The notes under the pieces were generated by a model, which saw only the letters and a program-made list of their open reading frames with translations, ran no database searches and was not told the origin of the DNA. This document shows positions 26,448 through 36,242 of a stretch of 38,053 nucleotides of DNA, piece after piece (positions within the stretch are counted from its first letter, which is position 1; every line of letters begins with the position of its first letter). The position numbers were made by a program, and so were the translations under genes. The stretch is from contig MU271413.1 of NCBI GenBank assembly GCA_021432655.1, positions 1 to 38,053 of the forward strand, written 5' to 3'. The stretch is from Atractiella rhizophila (Eukaryota).

Positions 26448-29004
26448 CTAAAAATTACATAGGTTAATTACGCGGGAGGAAGCATTGGGATGGCGCTACT
26501 CACCTGCACTTGGCGGTGGCGTTGGCCGCGATTCTCTTTGCAGTGAGTTATGAGTGGCCGGAGGCAGGATGGAATTAGAATGAGCAAGATCGGCTACAGC
26601 TGGCGGTGTTGGACGTGAATTGGTAACTGTTTGCTGACTTCTGGCGTCTATTTTTGCTGCTAAAGGATGTGAGAAGAGCGCGATCTGAAGGAGCACGATC
26701 GGGGACAGTAGGGATACGAGACAGGGCGGAGCGTTCATCTTCCCTCCTGGACGTTCCATGATCGCTTGAGTTGGCCCGATGTGATTCTCGAACCATGTCG
26801 CTGAACTCGCTAGATCTCGGCATATCCATTCGTTGGCGGGAAGCTTCTGGCCGTGATAGGTGGGGTTGGTGGTACTGACGGTCGTCTTCTCTAGAGGTTG
26901 AGAAATGCGATCTGCTTTCCGGGACTGGCGTGAGATAGTCTCTGTGCGAAGGTCGGTCATCGTAGTCTGTGTATCGGCGACTAGTCGCAACTCGGTGGTG
27001 ACCTGTTTCTGTTGGTGCAATGGAATGATCGTCCCTCGAGTATCTACTCTCGTACTCCATCCTTCGTTCCCGCTCACGAGCCTCTCGCTCATCTCTTCCT
27101 CTGCCAATAGACCCATTCAATCTGCCCAAGTCTTGGCGAACAGTCTGCACGTAGGCATAATCTCCGCCAGGTTCTCCAATATCACCCAAGCGCTCTCTCT
27201 TCCTTTCCATTTCCCTCTCCCTCCACGTTTCCTTCTCTCTCCATACCTCGTCGTCTCTCCTCCTCTCATCTCTCCTCCTTCTTTCTTCCTCTCTCCTCTT
27301 TTCCTCTGCCCGCCCCTCTGCCCTCCGTTCCTCATCCCTCCTCCTGTCATCTTCCCCCTTCCTTCTGACGTGGTCATAGTCCTGTGACGAACCACCATAT
27401 CCATCCCCGCGTTCTACTCGCATTCTCTCGTCATCTCTTCGCGTCCTCCGTTCCCCATGACTGTCGTAGCCTTGAGAAGAGCCACCATAGCGTTCCCTCC
27501 TGCCCTCGCTCCGCTCCGGATCATACTCTGTCATGTTGTCGTAATCCCACGTCGTTTCTCTCCCAATGTAAGCACGGGAAGCCTCATCCTTCAAAGACTG
27601 GCTCGAGCCTTCATGTCTGATTGGCATCCTCAACTCACCATTAACCGAGCTCCTAGATTCCTGCCTTCTCAAAGATTCCCTGGAAGGAACGGATCCGAGT
27701 GGCAGCCTCCGCTCTCCGTTGAGCGAGTCCCTCGACTTCTCCCTCTGTAATTCCCTCGATTTTGTCTCTTCAGCAGAAGCTTCACTGGACATGTTCCCGC
27801 TCCTTTCTTTGCCTTCTCCTTTATTGTCTTGAGTGACAAACTCGACCTTGAACCCATTCTCCTCGAGAATGAACTTCTTGACTGGCTTATGCTGGTTATC
27901 GACCAGTATATCAACTAGGCTGCCAATACTGTGAGTGGATTGAAGAGGGGCTGGACGAGTTACAGGGCCCGTAGTCAAGTCAGACGGCGGAGGAGGAGGC
28001 TGACTTGTGACAGGAGGAGGAGCGTAAGGAAGAGCTGGTGACGAAGATGGAGGATAAGCTGGCGAAGGAGCATGTCGTGAAGGAGGAGGAGGGATAATGT
28101 TGGCTATCGATGGAACAGGACGGCGTGGGGCAGACGTTGAAGGGGGAGGAGGGAAGGCTGGAGATGGAGCGAATTGTCTGGAGAAGGATGCAGGCGAAGG
28201 GGCGGGATGGTATGCCGCAGAAGGAGGACTGAAAAGCTGTTGTCGGACCGGGTGCAAGTGTCTTCTTCCAACCTCCCATTCAGGACGCCTTCCCAGTAGA
28301 GGTGCAGAAGCGGGAGTAGGTGCATACTGATCTGAATACGGAGGACTGAAGGATGCAGAATAATGTGTCGGTCTCCTCGGGAACTCTCGTTCAAGAGGTC
28401 TTTCGGGGAGCGAAGCCGAAGGAGAGACATGTTGGAACGCAGCACTCGATGGAGGGTTGAACGTATCACGAGGATAGCTGGGCCGACTGCCAGTCTCTCG
28501 CCTCGAAAACTTATCAGGCAAAGAAAGTGGAGTATGAACTGGCGGAGTAGGAGGGTCCTGGAAGAGATCTCTTAACGCGTCATTCGATGCGCTCTTCCTC
28601 GCCTTGGGCACAAATATAACCGGAGGCCGGTCTCCACTTCCATACTCCTCATCTGCGTCCTGACTATCTAGATTGCGGGACGGCCGTGTTTGCGCTGGCA
28701 AACGGCTGTTGACAGCAGGATTACGATTTGTAGGAGGGAGAGGAGGAGGTAGCATTGAGCTGCTGGGTAAAGCGGAGGTGGGAGGAAGGACTGTGGGAAT
28801 GTGATGGCGGGCGTCACAAGGGATAACTAAAAATTACATAGGTTAATTACGCGGGAGGAAGCATTGGGATGGCCCTACTCACCCGCACTTGGCGGTGGCG
28901 TTGGCCGCGATTCTCTTTGCGGTGAGTTATGAGTGGCCGGAGGCAGGATGGAATTAGAATGAGCAAGATCGGCTACAGCTGGCGGCGTTGGACGTGAATT
29001 GGTA
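24232..29004. repeat. Direct tandem duplication: copy A 24232-26625 (2394 nt), copy B 26626-29004 (2379 nt)
   Basis: Both copies start ACTGTTTGCTGACTT and end GGACGTGAATTGGTA; near-identical translations; net 15-nt length difference in the R/E-rich segment. Confidence 0.97.
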
Positions 29005-30722
29005 CTCGGAGGAGCGTACGACGCAGGCTGCAGGAATGGAGTAAGACCTGTAGCAGTTGAGAAATCGGACGGGCCAGGATGGACAGGGGCATGGAGGGGC
29101 TCATCTCGGAAAAGATCTGGAAGGGGAAGGTCTGGTAAACTAAAACCAGCAGTAGTGGAGGGGAAAGGATCGCTTGCTCCTTGAGGCAGAGGGAGGACGT
29201 TTGAGAGTGGGTGAGGCGGACGAGAAGTGGGTGAGACGCCATTAGGCTCGAGGATCGCCTGTGGTGAAGCGGCGGGCGGAGCGGGTGCAGGAGATGAGAG
29301 TGAGATGATGGGTTGAGCAAAGATTTGTTCGATTTGACGAGGTGAAAAGGCTTGAGCGTGCGGCGTATTGGACTTTGACTTGTCCTTCGCTCTCAAAGTG
29401 GCGACAGAGACGATTGATGCTCGACGTGAATCTGCGCCTTCCGTTGGAGGCACTAGGTAGTTGACTGGATGACCGGGAGGATCGGAGAGGAGGGGGGCGA
29501 AGGCAGAAGTTTGGAGGAAGTCGAAATCGGAGAAGCCTTCGCTCGTGCCGAAACCAAAGGTTGAAGACGATGTGTCAAGGGGTAGATTGAGCATAGAAGT
29601 GTCGATTGGATTGAGGAGGTCCGCAATCGAATTCCTCTTTGACGGAGTCGGCTGATCCAACCCTACAGTCAACCCTGAAGGTGCTCCAATGGATTGCTCC
29701 GGTCCCATGCCCAATCCCGAAACGGACGACACCGGGGTTGGAAGAGTTGCAATTCCAAGAGTATTGACCCAAGCTGCCGTATTTCCCAGCGTTGAGGAAG
29801 AGGCAAATCCATCCATATCGAAATCTAACAATGAGTCTTCGGGAATGGTCTGAATCTGGCTCTCCCCTCCATCGATCCGATTCCTTTTATTAGGCCCCTC
29901 CAGCCCCTCCTCCCTTCCCCTCTTCGAACCAGCGATGGAGATAGGCTTCATCAATTCCTTCTCCGTCGCCTTCCTCATTCCCTCCTGTTTACCCTTCAAA
30001 TCGTCCAGGAGAGGTTTCGTAAACTTTGGCTCATTAACTCGATCTTGAAAGAGGAACTCCATCGTTGAAGGCATGTACAAGATGCTCCACTGTGATGCGG
30101 TGGCGTTCGAGTCGAACTCGGCAAAAGCTGGGTCCTTCCGGATGCTCCGATCCTGACGGGAGATCTTGCTCGAGCTGGCAGGTTTGGGGGCTAAGCTTTT
30201 GAAGTTGTAAGAGACGCAGTGCCAGACTTCTTTCGAGCCAAGGTGCACGAGTCGACAGTGAGTTTTCAGAATCGTGTGCGTCGAAGTTTGGGACTTGGAC
30301 ACAAAGGCGTCTTTGACGGGCGACCTGGGGTGAATCTCAACAATCATTCAACAATGGAAGGAGGCAAAACGAACCAAATGTATCCATCGTCGTAGTACCA
30401 GCCGAAGTCCTCTTGATTCCAACTGTCCAACAAAAGGCTCAGCTTCAGTTTCACGTACGCCGAGGAGGGGATCAAGGGAGGTAAGCGCACATCATGGTCC
30501 CACTCTCCTCAACGACCCTCCTCCAATCGATATCCTCATTCGTCTTCGGTCTCGCTAGCAGCTTGAGCTTTCCATTTCTCGCTCCCTCCGCGAGAACGGC
30601 CAGGTCTCGCTCATCATTCAATCGACTATCGCAACTCCGAAGTCAGCTTTAATCAAGGGAGATAAAGGAAAGTGAACACACCCAACCCAAGAAGCACCGA
30701 CTTTTGCCTTCTTGGGGGCCAT
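26575..30722 (-). CDS. Divergent Gti1/Pac2 (WOPR) domain transcription factor-like protein with long disordered tail (~1305 aa as assembled)
   Basis: Exons 30722-30682, 30625-30491, 30422-30375, 30324-28883, 28826-26575 are phase-consistent; N-terminus SWVGRLNDERDLAVLAEGARNGKL...SGTMIWNQEDFGWYYDDGYIWSP...ILKTH...WHCVSYN. Confidence 0.65.
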
Positions 30723-32021
30723 CCCGAGAACGTTCCCTTCCCTCTATGAGGGAGAGTTAATGTGTGCGCTGCTTGATGTTAGTTTGTTTACGTCGGAGCT
30801 GGGAAACTTACATTTATTTGGCTTTGATGGGGACTATTGGAGCACGGTCGAGCACACGGTTGGAGAAAAGGAGAGAGATATTAACAGGGATTAAGGGATT
30901 AGGCTGGGGATTAGGGGCACAGAGAAGCAACGATGGTGGTCGTTCAGGATGTTGATCGCCTTTTGTTTTGCTTTTGTTAAACAAGAAGGAAACTCTTCAC
31001 GAGATAAGCTCACAACTGTAGTCATCGGTTTAAACCTTATCACTTCCCATTCATTATTTTCAACTTTAAAGTTGCTTTGACAGAAAATGCGAGAAAAAAC
31101 GACGACTTGCAGGGTTCAAGAACTGTCGAGCGAGCGAAGCAAAGGCAAGGGAAATGAATGGCGTATGGCGATCCTTGAGATAAATTACGGCGTAGGTAGA
31201 AACGAGGGAAAATGAATCACATCCGTGAGCTCTTTTCCGAAGAGCGACTCGGTAGTATATAGATTCCGGCTAGACGGGCCATCAAGCTTTCCCTTTGTGC
31301 TTCGCAACCAACCACGTTCTTCGACAGGTCCCTGTCGTGGGTCGCACTGCTACCTCACTGTTTATCTATATCAACGGTGTGAAAGTGCTATCTGCAGGAG
31401 AAAGAACCGAAGAAGATCGAACAAAGATCCGAAAGAGTGTAGTGAATATCAACTTGTGGAAGCTCCTTGGTTACTCAGGATTTGGATTGATCTTTTGTTC
31501 CAAGAAGTTGTGCATCGCTCTAACGACGACCTGGAGGGAGGAGCACAGAGAGGAGTGGAGCGCATTGGACGGACTTGCCCGCAAGGTGCTCGAGATTGGA
31601 CGTGGATTGTACGAAAGGGGATGCACTTTGCGTACTGCTTCAATTGATGTTGAATTAATCCGTTTGTCAGTGCTCCCGTTATGCTTTTTGCTTACAGTCA
31701 ATGCACCGTATTGTAGATTACTACTTTGAACCATTGTTGAATGATATGTATTCACTTTGCTGAGCTGAAGTTTGCAGGTCTGTTCTGCGGTCTTCATGTA
31801 AGATATTATCCCATTTACACGTTTAACCCTTGAGCCTTCTCTTGTCAGCGTAATTACGAGCGTTAGCATTGCAGGTAAGTGTATTGCCAATGTGCGAGTC
31901 TTGAAAGCTTGAAAGTGGAAGTACATGCCTCCGGTCGGAAGTTTGTTAAGGTTACCACTCCAACATTAGCCACGACTGTCGAACTGGTTCAAGTAACTGC
32001 TTGTCGATTCTTTGTAGACAG

Positions 32022-35000
32022 ATGAGCGGCCAGATAACAATCAACGTCGGAGCGCTTTCATCCTATTTCTCTTCAGCAGCGAAGTTGGCCGCTGATTCTG
32101 TGTCGTCCGCTGCACACAATTCGTCCCTGTTCAAGTCGTCAGGTTTATCTGCCAACTACAACTTTAGCACGGCGCAGCCGCCACAGATCATCGAGATAGG
32201 GATATGGAGGGTCCAACAGGCGACTCATAAAGTCAATGGAAAGGTAGTCAGCGTTTGGGTGGTGGAAAAGAGTGCTTTGACTGGTGGAGGTGGTGGGAGG
32301 AAGGGGAAGGGAAGGAGATCGATCGAGCGCTAGAGATGTGCAAGAAAGAGGTACGCTCTTTCTTCTTCTAGTGATACACCGGAACCTGCAGCTTGCCATG
32401 TTGTTGTGAGGCGTTGCAGGCTTGCTGTGACTCATGAGCCTCAGCATCCAGTATGCTTTAGCAGTGCACGGAGCACTGAAGCTATGTTTGAGCTCTGTTT
32501 GTGTATTTGTATCTACGAGAGGTTGGAAGATGATTACATACGAGTTAAGCTCTTATCTTCGAGCACACTCTCCCATAATGCAACATAGACTTGCTTCGTG
32601 AACGCACAAGTGGCTGTCAATTCGTTCATTAAAATCGCAGCCTTCATCACATCCCAAATCGTTCATGTTGACCGAACCCTAAAGAGATATTCGCTAAGTG
32701 CCTTTAACATGGCGGCGATGGTTTGATATATCATTTTATCGACGATATGGAGAAGCCCTGGATAAGCTGGACAGAGGCAAGTGTATCATGCACGAGACTG
32801 GCCTAATAGTTAAATGTCGATTGTCTGGCACATATGCGCGTGAGTTGTATGAGATGAGACTTGATGGCACAATAATAGAAAACCAAGCCTCTTTGTGTCT
32901 GCATGATTGTGCTTATTTGAAAAACGGCAGGTTTCCTCGCTCTCCCGCCTTCGACACCCAGCAATTCTCGAGATTGTCGAGCCATTAGAAGAATCTCGGT
33001 ATGGCTCTTCGTTCCTCCCTGAACTCACTCTAACACATCTGCTTCTAGTTCTTCGCTTTCCTTTGCTACTGAGCCAGTAACGTGCTCCTTGAGGCAGGCT
33101 CTCGCCTTCGGAAACACTCGTTCACATAGTGGCGGTTCAGGATCGAGCTCTCAAGACATTGAGCTCGACGAAGTCGAGGTTCGTGGCATTGCATTTGCCC
33201 TGTTACGACAATTAGGGCTCAGATGGAGATTTAGATCCAAAAAGGACTCCTGCATGTGGGGAAAGCCCTACAGTTCCTCCACGATTCTGCCAAGATCGTG
33301 CACTCCAACCTTACACCTGAAGCCATTATCATTAACGGGAAAGGGGACTGGAAACTTTCCGCTTTTGGGTTCTCCACAACTTTGCAAGACCTCAATGGCA
33401 ATCCTCCAAAGTGGGAGTTCCCCGAACAGGATTTCACCCTCCCACCTTCGATGAGCAAGAACATCGACTATCTTGCTCCAGAGTTTTTATTGGACGAGTG
33501 GATTGGAGCTCCAAATGATAGTACGTCTTCCTCTCACATTATGTCTATTGGAATACCGAGCTGATGAAACATCGCGTGTTTAGTGTACGCGCTCGGTTGC
33601 GTTATTCATGCTATACATTCGAAGGGAAGCCCCCCTTTCAGCTGTCGACAGAATGTGAATAACCTGCGAGAAAATCTGAGGCAACTGGAGCACGATAAAA
33701 TTGGGCTGTTACGCTCAGGTTGGCGTGCTATGGGGACGGAAGTACAAGGTCCGTATTCGCGTTTAATGAAGGCCGTGCCCGCGTTGAAACTGGCCATGCA
33801 CAGATGTTCTCTCTCATTTACTCACGCTGAGCCCATCGTCTCGCCTCTCAGCATCCGCCTTCCAGACCTCTTCATACTTCAACTCTCTGCTAGTATCCAC
33901 TCTCAAGTTCCTGGACCGCGACACCTTCAATTCCAAGACTCTGGAGGAGCAAACGTCCTTCATGAAAGGATTGGTGAAGATCATCAATCAATTCAGTGAC
34001 AAGGTGGTGCGGCGCAAGATTCTCCCTTCTCTCCTTGAAGAGACGAGAAAGCATCAGCTCGTCCCGTTCATCATCCCTAATATCGTTGTCATTGTATCGA
34101 AGATGACGGCAGACGACTTCAGAGACCAAGTACTTCCCCAGCTCAAAGGCTTGTTTACAGTCAAAGAACCCCCTCAAGTTCCCTTGTCGATGTTGGACAC
34201 ACTGCCAGTGTTTCAAGAGAAAACTTCGCCCGTTACTTTTCGAGAGGAGATTATGCCACTCGTCTATGGGTGTCTCGAAAGTGAGATCCCGCCTGTGCTG
34301 GAGAAGGCGCTCAAGGTGAGCCATTCAAGTTTTGTACTCAATGTGGACATGCTGAATCGGTTTCTGTAGATCGTTCCGACACTCAGCGAGAGCTTGGACT
34401 ACACGACCTTGAAACAGATCCTATTTCCCAAAATCACAACCGTGTTCGCCAAAACTACCCTCCTTAGCGTCAAAGTTAACACTCTCATGTGCTTTTATGC
34501 CATGATCAAAACGTTGGACAAATTCACGCTCACTGAGAAGCTGGTACCTTTACTCTCGAAAATCAAGACTAAAGGTTCGTTGTTTGCCTTTGTACGCGTG
34601 GACGTTAGTTCAGGATTGAAACAGAACCAGCCGTCATGCTCGCAACATTGGCTGTCTACGAAGAAATGTCACAGAAGATTGATATCGAAGCGATAGCGAC
34701 GATGATTCTTCCTCAACTTTGGACTTTCTCCATCGGTCCACTGCTGAATGCTGACCAGTTCGCCAAGTTTATGGGGACCATCAAAAAGCTTTCTCACCGC
34801 GTGGAGGACGAGCATTCCAGGCACCTCAAGGAGGTTATGCGACTGGAAGAGTCTGCGCAGACTCGCATGGCGAGTCAAGCGCTGGGCAAAGATGGGGAGA
34901 TAAATTTCGAAGCTTTGGTGAAAGGTGTAGATGCTGAAGTCAATAATCCTGTTTCGAATGGAAGGACATCAGATGTCGCAGCTGATCCTTGGGGAGCTAT

Positions 35001-35892
35001 GGACGGTGCAAATGGGGTAAGAGGTTAACGCTGTTAAAACTCTGAATCAGTTGTCTAATCTCTTGTCCAGCATGGTTCTCCTCGAACCAGCATCTCCAAC
35101 CCAGGGCCATCTTCCTCACCGATTCCTGCAAGAGCCGCAAGTCCGATGAGGCTAGGCAGGAGCTCAATGGCTGACTCCTTCTCATCTAATGCATCCTCGC
35201 CATCCATCTTTCCCACCGAAGTTCGTTCGTTTGGCTCTCTCTCGAGCACACAGTCTGCATCTATTGCGCCAAGTCCTCAGTCCTCGATCCCTTGGTCTCA
35301 ACCACAATCGCAACAGACCAAACCTCAATCTTCTTTCACACTCCCCCCACCACTCCCTGCCAGCAATTCTTACACTGGAAGCGCAACAGCCAATGCGTCA
35401 TCCTTTACCATCCCTCCACCCATGCGACCTCAATCCTCATCCTCCTTCACCATTCCACCACCGATGCGTCCTCAGTCAACTTCTGCTTCTTTTTCTATAC
35501 CACCTCCACAAGCATCAAGTTCAACATCGGCATTTGCTTCAATCGCTCCCCCTATTCGTCCCATTTCGTCGAACTCGACGGGCAAGATACCTCCGCCGAC
35601 ATCTATGGCGGCAATGACTGCAGGAAAGCCAAACTACAACGTCTCTATACCGTCCATGTCACCGCAAACGCCTTCCATTTTCCCTCAAACCACCTCGACA
35701 GGTTCGGCTCCAGCATCAAACATCGGCGTGATGAGTCCTTCTCTGCCAACAAGCCCACCAGCGCCGAAGTGGAACATTGTCTCCCCTCCTGGATTCACTC
35801 CTGGCAGTGTAATGCAGCCAAACCGGACTAGCAGTACTCAGAGTTCATCGAACCTGAAAAGCAACTGGAGCGACTTTGATCCTTTGGGATGA
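32022..35892 (+). CDS. SCY1: SCY1-like (SCYL2) pseudokinase with HEAT repeats and Pro/Ser-rich tail; 1-nt frameshift near 32310 as given
   Basis: IGIWRVQQATHK, KKE|VSSLSRLRHPAILEIVEPLEE, ALQFLHDSAKIVHSNLTPEAIIINGKGDWKLSAFGF, HEAT region KILPSLLEE, terminal WSDFDPLG. Confidence 0.9.
35335..35560 (+). repeat. Coding imperfect repeat F(T/S)(I/L)PPP(MRPQS) in the SCY1 tail
   Basis: SFTLPPP, SSFTIPPPMRPQS twice, SFSIPPP and APPIRP in ORF 35146-35892. Confidence 0.7.
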
Positions 35893-36242
35893 AGGATGTA
35901 AAGCATTGACTTCCTTGTTTACCACTAGATTTGAATTTTTCATGGGTGAAATGGTTTGATCTGTTCATGCAATTCGAAGAGGTCACTGTTGTTCCAGCTC
36001 GCACTAATGCACATGTCTTGAGAGGAACGAAATCAAAGCAATTGTTAAACGTTAAAATCAGTGAATATGCAACGGGTTGAATGGAAGTGGCTTATGAATG
36101 GAACAGAATATGTCCAAGTTGGAATGAGGAGACGAAAGGAGACTGGTTTAAAAAGGTACCATAAAATTAAAGGAACTCACAACCCATGCACTTCACGAAT
36201 GGAGAAAGACAAATGTTCCCAAAGCAAAGGAGAGGTATAGGT

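Noticed and set aside
32552..32562. GAGTTAAGCTC hairpin resembling telomerase P6.1
   Set aside because: Lies upstream of the template-like motif (wrong order) and lacks the conserved loop G.
32757..32766. CTGGATAA resembling the TPP riboswitch P5 element
   Set aside because: No complementary (T)GCCAG strand or CTGAGA motif, and the host is not a thiamine gene.
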